From positions 101 to 64,100 of the forward strand of contig JAFGJO010000014.1 of the NCBI GenBank assembly GCA_016929065.1: a DNA stretch of 64,000 bases. Reading direction: 5' to 3'. Position 1 is the stretch's first letter, and each line of letters begins with the position of its first letter. Shown here piece by piece: positions 1 through 9,195 of this stretch. Origin of the DNA: Spirochaetales bacterium. GTDB taxonomy: Bacteria; Spirochaetota; Spirochaetia; SZUA-6; RPPD01. The position numbers and the translations under genes were made by a program. The notes below the pieces were generated by a model. That model did no database searches and was not told where the DNA came from. It saw only the letters and a list, made by a program, of their open reading frames with translations.

Positions 1-952
1 CAAAGACAATGGAAGTATGCTCATCCTGTGCAACTGTATATGCTCCCTGCTGTTTCATCTCAAGCATCCCGGCCGCGCCGTCCCTTCCCATACCGGTGAG
101 CAGTACCCCCACCGCGTTTTTGCCGATGTTTTTTGCCACAGACTGAAACAAGACATCAACCGAAGGCCGCTGGTTAAATACCTTCGGTGCTTTCACGATT
201 TTTATAATTTTTTCCGTACCGACAGCCTTGACCATCATATGAAAATTTCCGGGTGCAAGGTAGATGGTGCCGGGAAGAATATGTTCATTATGTTCGGCTT
301 CTTTCACGTCGACTTCGCAGAGAGAATTCAGGCGCTCGGCGAATGTGCAGGTAAACTTTTCCGGCATGTGGATCACCGCCAGGGTCGGAGGAAAGCTCTT
401 TGTAAACGATTTGAACAGTATTTCCAGCGCGCTGGTGCCCCCGGTGGACGCACCAACGGCAATAATTTTGTCGGTCGTCTCTATATGGGTTAAAAACCTG
501 GTGTAGTGCTTCGGCTTGCGCTGCAGCTGTTTCGCGGCTTCCTTCACTTTCTCAAAATCGACCTGTGACGCAGCGATGATTTTTTCAGCTACGATATCGA
601 TGATTTCCCCCACACTGTATGGCCCACCAGGTTTGGGGACAATGTCGACAGCCCCCAATTCAAGCGCCTCCAGCGATGCACGGTTTTTCCGGTCCGTGAG
701 TGAACTCACCACAACAACGGGAATGGGCCAGGATTTCATCAGGTATTTCAGGAATGTAAGCCCATCCATGCGCGGCATTTCAATATCAAGGGTAATGACG
801 TCGACTGTGTTGCGGGCGATTTTCTCCCGCGCGATATACGGATCAATCGCGGACCCGACAATATTGATTTCAGGATATTCGGTCAGCCGCGTTGTGAGTA
901 TTTCGCGAACTACCGCGGAATCATCAATTACCAGCACATTTATTTTTTTCAT
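1..952 (-). CDS. cheB: Chemotaxis response regulator protein-glutamate methylesterase (3' end runs off the window)
   Basis: Not in the ORF track. Manual translation from ATG 952 gives MKKINVLVIDDSAVVRE...LDIEMPRMDG (receiver) then GASTGG, IHMP and GMGRDGA (methylesterase Ser/His/Asp motifs), with no stop before the window edge. Confidence 0.96.
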   Translation of the reverse strand, partial: MKKINVLVIDDSAVVREILTTRLTEYPEINIVGSAIDPYIAREKIARNTVDVITLDIEMPRMDGLTFLKYLMKSWPIPVVVVSSLTDRKNRASLEALELGAVDIVPKPGGPYSVGEIIDIVAEKIIAASQVDFEKVKEAAKQLQRKPKHYTRFLTHIETTDKIIAVGASTGGTSALEILFKSFTKSFPPTLAVIHMPEKFTCTFAERLNSLCEVDVKEAEHNEHILPGTIYLAPGNFHMMVKAVGTEKIIKIVKAPKVFNQRPSVDVLFQSVAKNIGKNAVGVLLTGMGRDGAAGMLEMKQQGAYTVAQDEHTSIVF

Positions 953-956
953 GCGG

Positions 957-1478
957 TCAGGCCTCAAACTCTTTCAACAATTCTGGTTCATCGGAAACAT
1001 CATCAACAAAGTGACAGGTCATTTTTCCCCTGTCGGTGTAATAGAAAACTTTTCTTCCACGGTGTCCCCCTGTTTTCGAAAGGATTACCGGTATTTTATA
1101 TTTTTCAAGCTGAAAAAAGGCAACCTTAATATTCAGATCAGCGACAAGCTGTGACTGATGATTTTCTGAAATCGATGCCCCGCCGACAAGCGTCGCCTGC
1201 AAGTTTTTCCGTGCAGCACCAAATTCTTCCATGGACTGAACCAGGCTTTTTATACTCACCGTTCCGAACTTGGTTGTGTTTGCGTCTCCGGGAAGAGGTT
1301 CCGGCAACTGGAAGTGGTTCATCCCTCCGAATCCGTGTTTTGAATCAAAAAGGCATACACTCACACACGAGCCAAGAATAGTGGTAATTATCGTCGGAGT
1401 CTGGGAGACATACACATATCCGGGCTTTAAATAGTATTCACTGCGGGCAATTTCCATATTTTTTATTTTTTTTTGCAA
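957..1478 (-). CDS. cheD: Chemoreceptor glutamine deamidase
   Basis: LKPG...TILGSCVSVCLFD...GGMNHFQLP and TGGHRGRKV motifs; lies between cheR and cheB; AGGAG upstream of the TTG start. Confidence 0.93.
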   Translation of the reverse strand: MQKKIKNMEIARSEYYLKPGYVYVSQTPTIITTILGSCVSVCLFDSKHGFGGMNHFQLPEPLPGDANTTKFGTVSIKSLVQSMEEFGAARKNLQATLVGGASISENHQSQLVADLNIKVAFFQLEKYKIPVILSKTGGHRGRKVFYYTDRGKMTCHFVDDVSDEPELLKEFEA

Positions 1479-1523
1479 AAATCTCCTTTAACAATATGCA
1501 TACTCCCTTAACACGTCCACGTT

Positions 1524-1569
1524 ATACCCCGGAGTTTTTCTGTGTCATACCCCGGCTCGATCGGGGTAT
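1524..1569. repeat. Intergenic direct plus inverted repeat (ATACCCCGG x2; ATACCCCG/CGGGGTAT stem)
   Basis: ATACCCCGG at 1524-1532 and 1547-1555; CGGGGTAT at 1562-1569 can pair with either copy. Confidence 0.6.
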
Positions 1570-1579
1570 CTCCCCTCAT

Positions 1580-2392
1580 CTATAATTTTTTATTGTATAC
1601 CGAGGAAAATACCGATTCAAGCTTGTCGGTAATATGGATAAGACTTTCAGAATGGCCGACAAACAAATATCCCAGATCGCGGAGATTTGCCGTCAGCACA
1701 TCCAATACCCGCCGCTGTGTCTCCAGATTAAAGTAGATGAGCACATTTCTGCAGAAAATATAATGAAATTTCGCCTCAAACCGGAGGTTATCGATAAGAT
1801 TGATTTTTTTTACAATAAAATATTTTCGCAGATATTCTTTTACCCGAAAATACTCGCCCGGGCGCCCTTCATCTACACGGTCAAAATATTTGCGCAGGAT
1901 ATCCTCACTCAGTTCCTTCATTCTGTCCCGTGAATACACCCCCCGCTTGCAATGGCGCAGCACCTCGGTATTGATATCCGTGGCCACTATAAAAAAGTCT
2001 GAAATGCCGTGCTCCAAAAGCTCTATAATAATTGAATAAACTTCCTCGCCGGTTGATGAAGCTGCGACCCAGATTAGCGGATGCGCAATATTTCTGATCA
2101 TGATATCTTTTCTTAAAATCGCGAGGTGCTTGTTTTCCCGGAAGAAAAAAGTATGTGTGGTGGTGATATACCGGACAAGGTCCTCCATTGTCCCTTTCTT
2201 GTTGTCCTTAAGCATCTTGTACAATTCCTGAACGCTCTGATACCCGCCCCGGTTGACAAGCCTGCTGATTTTGTTTTCGAGCAGATAATTCTTGTCGGGA
2301 GAAATATAAATTCCCAGTTGCCTGTGGATGAGTTCCCGGAACAGTTCGGTATAATTTTCATCCAGTCGAATTTCCTGTTTTATCGCTTCCAT
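1580..2392 (-). CDS. cheR: Chemotaxis protein-glutamate O-methyltransferase
   Basis: TTTHTFFFRE, IWVAASSTGEEVYS, ATDIN, IFCRNVLIYF and GYLFVGHSES motifs. Confidence 0.95.
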   Translation of the reverse strand: MEAIKQEIRLDENYTELFRELIHRQLGIYISPDKNYLLENKISRLVNRGGYQSVQELYKMLKDNKKGTMEDLVRYITTTHTFFFRENKHLAILRKDIMIRNIAHPLIWVAASSTGEEVYSIIIELLEHGISDFFIVATDINTEVLRHCKRGVYSRDRMKELSEDILRKYFDRVDEGRPGEYFRVKEYLRKYFIVKKINLIDNLRFEAKFHYIFCRNVLIYFNLETQRRVLDVLTANLRDLGYLFVGHSESLIHITDKLESVFSSVYNKKL

Positions 2393-2424
2393 TGTCTCTC
2401 TTTCCCGGTCTGCACATGTCAGAT

Positions 2425-2452
2425 AAAAACGGGAGCGGAATATCCGCTCCCG
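2425..2452 (-). terminator. Rho-independent terminator after the MCP
   Basis: 10-bp stem CGGGAGCGGA/TCCGCTCCCG with a 3-nt loop, followed by T5 on the minus strand. Confidence 0.8.
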
Positions 2453-2470
2453 ACCGTCACTGCAAGGATA

Positions 2471-4084
2471 TCAATCCTTGTCCGCGTTTTTGAATTCCTC
2501 ATCTTCCTCAAAAGGGATAAGATGTTCCGGACTCACTTCCTTTCGCTTTGCGGTTTTCACCGTTGTTTTCGCCCGCGGCTTTACCGCTGCATAATGCGGA
2601 ATTTCCACATGCTTTACCCCATGCGTAGGTATCGCCGCGTGGCCATTGCCGTTCCGGGCCCTGCCGTTGACCAGTCTTTCAAGCTCTGTGACCATATTAT
2701 TCATGGTCTCCACCTGGGCCTGCAGTTCCTCGGCGCTGCTTGCGGTTTCCTCCGCCGAGCTGGCATTCGCCTGCACAATCTCGTCAAACTGGACAATCGC
2801 CTTGTTCACCTGGTTAATGCCGGAATCCTGCTGGGTGCTTGCGGTTTCCACTTCCTTGGACATCTCCGCCACTTTCTGGGAATTATTGAGGATTTCCTTA
2901 AAAACTTCCGCAAGCCGTCGTGCCATGCCCAGACCTTCTTCCGTGCGTTTGATGGATTCCTCGATCATGCCTGATGTCTCCTTGGCAGCTTCCGCGCTCT
3001 TGTTGGCAAGGTTCTTTACTTCGTCCGCAACCACGGCAAAACCCATGCCGGCCTCACCTGCCCGGGCCGCTTCGACCGCGGCATTCAGTGCAAGGATGTT
3101 TGTCTGAAACGCAATGTCATCAATTATTTTTATAACCTTTGAAATCCGGTCGGAGGCCTTGTTGATTTCTTCCATGGAATCGAGCATTTTTTCCATCTGG
3201 CCGAATCCATCCTGCGACGATGTCGAGGCCTTGTCGGCGAGTGTCGAGGCCTCCTTGGCATTCTGCAGATTCTGTCGGACCATGCTTGCCAGTTCTTCCA
3301 TGGAAGAGGTGGTTTCTTCGATACTTGAGGCCTGCTCGGTCGCGCCGTTGGCGATCTCCTGCGACGAACTGGACAGCTGATTGGAGGCCGAGGCAATCTG
3401 CACTGAGCCATTGGTCAGCGTATCGGATATTTTGATCAGGGGTTTTGAGATAACACTGATGCCGAGCCAGAGTGCGAGGGTTATCGAGATAAGAAAACCA
3501 ACTACCGTTAATGTAATCATGATCCCGATTGTCATATTCGCGGCCGATGTATTGTCATCAGAGGTCTTTTTTGCCAAATCGATTTTATTCGTTACAAGAT
3601 TATCAATTTTTTCCTGCTCGTCCATCGCGGCCTCAAATCCGGGGCCTTCGATAAGTTCCTGTGCTTCGGTTTTATTGCCCGCTTTCACCAGTTCAATCGC
3701 CTGGGAAAGCAGATTCCGGTATTTCTTGCGTGATTCTGCAAAAGCGGCAAACTCCCTTTTCCCTTCATCCGTGAGAATGGATTTTTCGTATTCAACAGAA
3801 TTCTCCTCAATAACCTTTGTATATTCACTAATCGCGTCTTCTGCCGCCTTGATTTCCGCAAGGTTTTCAGCAAGCAGGAGTTCACGTGCATTGATCCTGA
3901 TCCGCTGAAATTTTTCCGAAATCTGTGCCAGATTTGTGATGGGAACGGTCATGTTTGCGTACAATAATGTATCATTATCGTCAAGTATTTTCATATTGAA
4001 TGCACCGAAAATTCCCACTGCCGCACCGATCAAGGCAACCACAATAAAACCGATTAATAATTTTGTTCGTAATTTTAATGCCAT
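2471..4084 (-). CDS. Methyl-accepting chemotaxis protein (TM-4HB sensor-TM-signalling domain)
   Basis: Two TM helices flank a 4HB_MCP-like domain; [33 protein letters not shown] hairpin tip; [15 protein letters not shown] methylation helix. Confidence 0.95.
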   Translation of the reverse strand: MALKLRTKLLIGFIVVALIGAAVGIFGAFNMKILDDNDTLLYANMTVPITNLAQISEKFQRIRINARELLLAENLAEIKAAEDAISEYTKVIEENSVEYEKSILTDEGKREFAAFAESRKKYRNLLSQAIELVKAGNKTEAQELIEGPGFEAAMDEQEKIDNLVTNKIDLAKKTSDDNTSAANMTIGIMITLTVVGFLISITLALWLGISVISKPLIKISDTLTNGSVQIASASNQLSSSSQEIANGATEQASSIEETTSSMEELASMVRQNLQNAKEASTLADKASTSSQDGFGQMEKMLDSMEEINKASDRISKVIKIIDDIAFQTNILALNAAVEAARAGEAGMGFAVVADEVKNLANKSAEAAKETSGMIEESIKRTEEGLGMARRLAEVFKEILNNSQKVAEMSKEVETASTQQDSGINQVNKAIVQFDEIVQANASSAEETASSAEELQAQVETMNNMVTELERLVNGRARNGNGHAAIPTHGVKHVEIPHYAAVKPRAKTTVKTAKRKEVSPEHLIPFEEDEEFKNADKD

Positions 4085-4096
4085 AATTTTTTCTCC

Positions 4097-4678
4097 TCAC
4101 TCCCCTGTTTTAATATTTTTTACAGCCGCTTTTCCGGCATCTTCTGTTGCAGTACTGTCGGCCTTTTTTGTTTCAGCATGCATTTTGCTCCGGCCCACAT
4201 CCCGGATCATGACAAACTCTTCCTCGGTGAGCACCTGCGTAATATCAAGGATGATCTTGATGGTCTCGCCGGTTTCAGCAATGCCGTGGATGTACTCGCT
4301 GCGTACCTTCGAGTTGATGTAGGGCACTTCCGATATTTTCTCTTCCGGAATACTCACGACCTCCTGAATCGAATCCACCACAATTCCCATCAGCGTGATC
4401 TCTCCCTCGAACTCGATCTCGACGACGATAATGCAGGTGCGATCCGTGTAGTCCCGCTCATCCATCTCAAACTTGAGCCTGAGGTCGATGATGGGAATAA
4501 TTTTTCCCCGGAGATTGATCACCCCCCGGATAAACGGCGGGGTCTGGGGGATTGAGGTAATTTCGGTCATCCCCATAATCTCCTTGATCTTGAGGATCTC
4601 GATACCGTACTCTTCATCGTTCAGAACGAAACTCAGATACCTCGACCCTGTCAGTGTTTTTCTTTTGGTAATCTCCAT
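4097..4678 (-). CDS. cheW: Chemotaxis coupling protein
   Basis: YLSF...EEYGIEILKIKEI...PPFIRGVINLRGKIIPIIDLR motif. Confidence 0.95.
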   Translation of the reverse strand: MEITKRKTLTGSRYLSFVLNDEEYGIEILKIKEIMGMTEITSIPQTPPFIRGVINLRGKIIPIIDLRLKFEMDERDYTDRTCIIVVEIEFEGEITLMGIVVDSIQEVVSIPEEKISEVPYINSKVRSEYIHGIAETGETIKIILDITQVLTEEEFVMIRDVGRSKMHAETKKADSTATEDAGKAAVKNIKTGE

Positions 4679-4700
4679 TTTCCCTCCTTCCGGGAAGCCT

Positions 4701-4729
4701 CCTGTTTCGCGCCGGGCGCGAAGCGCAGG
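4701..4729. other. GC-rich intergenic hairpin without a U-tract (possible mRNA-stabilising stem)
   Basis: TTCGCGC-CGG-GCGCGAA at 4706-4722, with flanking CCTG/CAGG. Confidence 0.45.
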
Positions 4730-4733
4730 CTCT

Positions 4734-5090
4734 TTAGATCATTTTTTTTATTACTTCAAGCAGTTTTTCCGGTTCGCACGGTTTCACCACCCACCCGTTT
4801 GCACCGGCCGCCTTGCCCTCCTGCCGCCGCTCGTCCCTGGATTCCGTCGTCAGCATGACAATCGGCGTGGAGCCGTACTTCGATAGTTTACGGATTTCCC
4901 TTGCCGCGGAAATGCCGTCCATCACCGGCATGTTCACATCCAGCAGAAAGAAATCCACTGAATCGCTGTTCGCCCTGTCCAGTGCCTGCTGGCCGTTCTC
5001 GGCCTCGATCACATCGAACTCCCCGAATAATGCTGTCTTTAAAATATTTCTGATCGCGGTCGAGTCATCGACAAGCAGTATTTTTTTCAT
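4734..5090 (-). CDS. cheY: Single-domain response regulator, CheY type
   Basis: ILLVDDS, LDVNMPVMDG, MLTTES and GWVVKP motifs; inside the che operon. Confidence 0.92.
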   Translation of the reverse strand: MKKILLVDDSTAIRNILKTALFGEFDVIEAENGQQALDRANSDSVDFFLLDVNMPVMDGISAAREIRKLSKYGSTPIVMLTTESRDERRQEGKAAGANGWVVKPCEPEKLLEVIKKMI

Positions 5091-5107
5091 GGGTTCCTCC
5101 TTGCTGG

Positions 5108-6661
5108 TTAAAATAACTGGATCTCCGTACTTCCCTTGGCAATTTTCACCGAATCGTCATACCGGTAATGCGTGACGACTTTTTCGAGCACGTCAAGCTC
5201 CAGCTGACTGATCGATGATTTTTCAAATTTAAGGATTAATTCCTTGATAAAATTGTCCCGTTCTGCGAGTTCATAACCTGCCGTCAGCCTGTTCATTTCA
5301 CCGCTCTGGTCATGTAAAAAGTCACTGATAATCCGGTTAAGATTTTCCATTTCCTGAATGGCGATTTCGTGCAGCTGGAACAGCGGATTGAATTTATTGA
5401 TGTGCACGTCAATTTCCCCGGTCAGATCGCGTACCGAGGTGAAAATGCCTTTAAAATAATTTTCAAAAGACGTAAGAATCAGGTAAAAATATTCGAATTC
5501 GCCCTGCTGCTGCTTGATCGTTTGGCTGATGGAGTCGCCCTCATTGCTGAAATCCCTTTTTGTGGATTCTATCTCGGTGTGCACATCCGACATGATCCGC
5601 AGGACATCATCGATGATCGAATGCGTCATATCGGCCAGCTTGTTGATCTCGGATGCGATGACCTTGAATCCCTTGCCCGCCTCCGTTGCCCGGGATGCTT
5701 CTATCGAGGCATTAATCGAGAGAATGTTGATTTTCTCCGCAATCCCGCGGATTTCGCTGCTCCTGCTGAACATCCGGTCGACTGTTTCCGACACGTCCGC
5801 CAGCCGTTTTTCAAGATTGTGATAGTTGTCGGATATAGACTGAAACAGCCCGCCGAACTTGCTGTTCTGACGTTCATAAAAGCCGATCAGTCTGCTGAAA
5901 TTTTTATCGCTTGTAGAATTCGTCAGCTCCTGTTCCCACACGGTAATTTTGCTGATAAACTCGGTGGCCTTTTCCTTGATGGCGAGAATCTCCTCGGACA
6001 GCGGCCGGGAACTTTTGGCCAAATCCACAATAATGGCGTTAAAGAACTCGTGTATCAGTTCCGAATAAAAATCGTAGGAATTAATCACCCGTGCGACGAG
6101 ATTGTTGAGCGACTCGTTCTTCTGTTTGCATTCCAGCCGTTCAAGCAGGTCATCCGGCATTTTTTTCGATGCAATCGAAAGCATCGACGCCATATTCCGA
6201 TGATGAAGCATCATTTCCTCCGCCTGCTCCAGAATGGAGCCGTCCGCGCCGTTGCCGTTCGCAGCCTGTTCCATCACCGAATGCACTGCATGCTCCCGGT
6301 AGAAATCCGAAATCCGCTGCTCGATCTCCTGCAGGGAATGACGATTTCCGTTTGTCTCCTGCAATACATAGTTCATGACAAGAAAACTGCTGTCGAAATA
6401 ATAAAACACGGTTTCCAGCAGTGTTTTATTTGACACGACCAGTTCGCTGAATTTTTTTTCCAGCTTCCCGTTTTGGTGATGCAATGCAACATGATTTTTT
6501 ATCCCCAATACCAGAAAGGCAAGAAGCAGTACTCCCTCAGCGTACAACAAATACAAGTGCAGGGGAGCGACAGTATCACCGGCAGCCGCCAATTCAACCA
6601 CATTGATAACCGCAAGCAAAATCACGAGGAGACTGATATATATGATCATCCGATTTTTCAT
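5108..6661 (-). CDS. Atypical methyl-accepting chemotaxis protein (two closely spaced TMs, long helical cytoplasmic region)
   Basis: IAEKINILSINASIEASRATEAGKGFKVIASEI signalling tip; N-terminal TM pair with a very short loop. Confidence 0.85.
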   Translation of the reverse strand: MKNRMIIYISLLVILLAVINVVELAAAGDTVAPLHLYLLYAEGVLLLAFLVLGIKNHVALHHQNGKLEKKFSELVVSNKTLLETVFYYFDSSFLVMNYVLQETNGNRHSLQEIEQRISDFYREHAVHSVMEQAANGNGADGSILEQAEEMMLHHRNMASMLSIASKKMPDDLLERLECKQKNESLNNLVARVINSYDFYSELIHEFFNAIIVDLAKSSRPLSEEILAIKEKATEFISKITVWEQELTNSTSDKNFSRLIGFYERQNSKFGGLFQSISDNYHNLEKRLADVSETVDRMFSRSSEIRGIAEKINILSINASIEASRATEAGKGFKVIASEINKLADMTHSIIDDVLRIMSDVHTEIESTKRDFSNEGDSISQTIKQQQGEFEYFYLILTSFENYFKGIFTSVRDLTGEIDVHINKFNPLFQLHEIAIQEMENLNRIISDFLHDQSGEMNRLTAGYELAERDNFIKELILKFEKSSISQLELDVLEKVVTHYRYDDSVKIAKGSTEIQLF

Positions 6662-8868
6662 TGACCCCCCGCCGTCTGTTTGTACACACCGCCGTCAACC
6701 TGTTTTGAGATCTAATCTATATCGAGCACAAATCCGATTTTCCCTCCCTGCAGTATGGTCCCCGAAGATATCCCCCGCAGGTCCCTGAACTTCGCGCCGA
6801 GCGACTTGATAAAAACCTCGCGCTTGGTGATGATATCGTCGAGAAGCAGCGCGTATTTTTTCTTTTCATTGTTCTCGACAATCACGGCGAGAAGACGTCC
6901 CGTCCCGTTTTCCGTGAAAGCGACATCCTGCGCAAAGTAATCCTCGACCGCGATGACGGGAATGATCTCTCCCCGCAGATCGATCACTTCGATATTGTTC
7001 TGAACCGTGAATATTTTTTCCTCCTCCATATTCAGGGATTCGATTATGTTCGATACGGGAATAATAAAGTGGGTCCCCTTGCTCTTTACAATCATTCCGT
7101 CAATAATCGCGGTGCTCAGCGGGAATATCATTTCTATCCGGGTGTACTTTCCTTTTTCCGTTTTCAGCTCGACGCGTCCGCGGGCAGAAGCGGCAACGGT
7201 TTTTACGATATCCATTCCCACTCCGCGCCCCGAAACGGAATCGACGGCATCCGCAGTGGAAAAACCCTGTTCGAAAATAACATTGTAAATCTCAAAATCG
7301 GATAACCGGGCCGCATCCGCTTCCCCAAAGAGTTTTTTCTTCAACGCCTGATGCAATATTTTGTCCCGGTCCAGACCTCGTCCGTCATCCTCTACCGAAA
7401 TTGCGATCGTATTTCCCCGCCGTTCGGCCACAATAAAGATATTTCCGACAGCCGGTTTCCCCAGTCTTATACGCTCGGATTCATTCTCGATGCCGTGCGC
7501 AATGGCATTGCGGATAATATGCATGAGCGGCTCTTCAAGCTTTTCGACCAGGTCCCGGTCGATCTCCAGATCCTCACCCTTTAAATGAGCAATCGCCGGT
7601 TTCTTCAACTTGCGGGAGACATCGCGTACCAGGCGTTTGACGACAATAAAGAGATTCTTTACTTTTTCCGTGCGCAGCTGCATCGATGCGTACTGGATTT
7701 CCCGGGTTATTTTTTTCAGCTGGGAAAGATTCTGCGTTGACTCGTCAAGCTGGGCCTCGGTGATCAAAAGCTCGCCGACCATATCGACCAGGAAGTTGAT
7801 TTGCGACGCCCTGACCTTGATGATCGATTCATTCTGTTTTTTTTCGTCACTTTCCTTCGGCGCATGCTTTGTCTGGTCCTGCAGACTCTCCTCAAGATCC
7901 TCGGGGGAAATATACTTTTCTTCCACAGCGATCTCGCCGAACTTTTTTACGTAATTAAGTTCTTTCTGTTTCCTGAGAATCGCGGAAAGATCAGCCTCCG
8001 ATATTTTCCCCTGCGCAAGGAGTATCTCTCCAAGATTGTTTTTTATGTTGCGGATTTGTTTGTTCACCTGTTCAACAAATTCGTCTATACTGATACTGCT
8101 GTACAGGGAAATATCGCCGTGACGAAGCGCTTCGATCATGTTCCTGGTATAGTCAATGCCCGAGAGCAGAAGATCGATGGTCTCAGCATCGGCAACCAGT
8201 TTTCCCTCGCGCATCAGGTCGAGAAGGTTTTCGAGGTTATGAGCAAGCTCCCCGAGCGTGGTAATCCGCAAAAAGCCGCATTCACCCTTTATGGTATGAA
8301 ATATCCGGAAGAGATTGTTGATGATTTTTTTGTTTTTGGGATCTTTTTCCAGTTCAAGAATGAGGTCCTGGGCCTAAAGCACCTTTTCCACAGCCTCCGC
8401 AAGAAACACCTTGAAGGGCTCGCTGTTGATCCGCATTTCCAGTTCCTTCACCCCCGCGGCGGGCCGTGCTTCGCCGGCTTGTTTGCTCTTGATGGTTTGC
8501 AGGCGGTGATCCGCGATTTCTGTAAATTGCGTTGTTTCTTCCAGGTATTTTTTCAGTATCCCCGACTTCGCAAGAGCTGTCAGGGCAATGTCGCCACGCT
8601 GCATGTCGCGGACGATACGGGAGAGCAGATCAATCCCTTGAGACAGAACATCATCCACCTGTCTGTATTCTCCCCCGTCAAGCAGATATTTCAATATTTC
8701 CAGAATATTCGGAAAAAGGCCGTCAAGGTCCCGATGGATCCCGAATTCCTTTTCGATCGAGGCGGCCTTGTCGATAAGATCCGACATCAGCATCAAATCG
8801 CCGTCTTCATATTCCAGAATACCGGCGGAAAAATTTGTCAAAATTGTTTCGACGTCCCGTATGGTCAC
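6658..8868 (-). pseudogene. cheA: Chemotaxis histidine kinase CheA with two in-frame TAG codons (nonsense-disrupted or amber-recoded)
   Basis: ORFs 8374-8868 and 6712-8271 are in the same frame. Reading through TAG 8374-8376 gives FLAEAVEKVL*AQDLILELEKDPKNKKIINNLFRIFHTIKGECGF, an intact Hpt domain. Reading through TAG 6712-6714 ends at TGA 6658-6660, which overlaps the next ATG. HATPase motifs (HIIRNAIAHG, DDGRG, GFST...SGRGVGMD) and the CheW-like domain are intact. Confidence 0.9.
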
Positions 8869-8895
8869 ATTGTTCTCCAGCTATATACGATTCCC

Positions 8896-9138
8896 TTATT
8901 CATCCAGTCTGAAAATGTGTTCCAGTTTCAGCAGATGAACCGTTTCCCTGATATGATCATTCGTGTTTTTCAGAAGAATAGTTTTCTTGTATTTTGTCGC
9001 GTAAATCAGAAGCCGGCTGATTTCCTTGCTGGTAAAAAACTTCAGCGCGCCGCAATCCAGTTCAACCGTCTTTTCGGAGGAACAGTCGATTTTCTCAAAA
9101 TCCGCCTCACTCATCCGGCTGTTGATTTTTACTAACAA
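8896..9138 (-). CDS. Small STAS-domain (anti-anti-sigma-like) protein
   Basis: VELDCGALKFFTSKEISRLL...LKNTNDHIRETVHLLKLEHIF resembles STAS; GAGGAGG upstream; sits directly before cheA. Confidence 0.75.
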   Translation of the reverse strand: MLVKINSRMSEADFEKIDCSSEKTVELDCGALKFFTSKEISRLLIYATKYKKTILLKNTNDHIRETVHLLKLEHIFRLDE

Positions 9139-9195
9139 AGCACCCTCCTCATTATTTCAATATACAATATTTGATATATTAGAGTTTTTTACTAT

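Noticed and set aside
2471-2520. C-terminal CheR/CheB-tethering pentapeptide on the MCP
   Set aside because: The tail [15 protein letters not shown] resembles such tethers but lacks the terminal aromatic residue; it cannot be called or taken as evidence of decay.
8330-8373. PYLIS/SECIS-like hairpin after the first cheA amber
   Set aside because: Only a 4-bp CCAG/CTGG pairing is visible, which is not convincing; none is evident after the second amber.
5369-9135. Long plus-strand ORFs 5369-6433 and 7801-9135 (also 21078-22064 and 2126-2974)
   Set aside because: They are antisense shadows of well-supported minus-strand genes, with no motifs or RBS.
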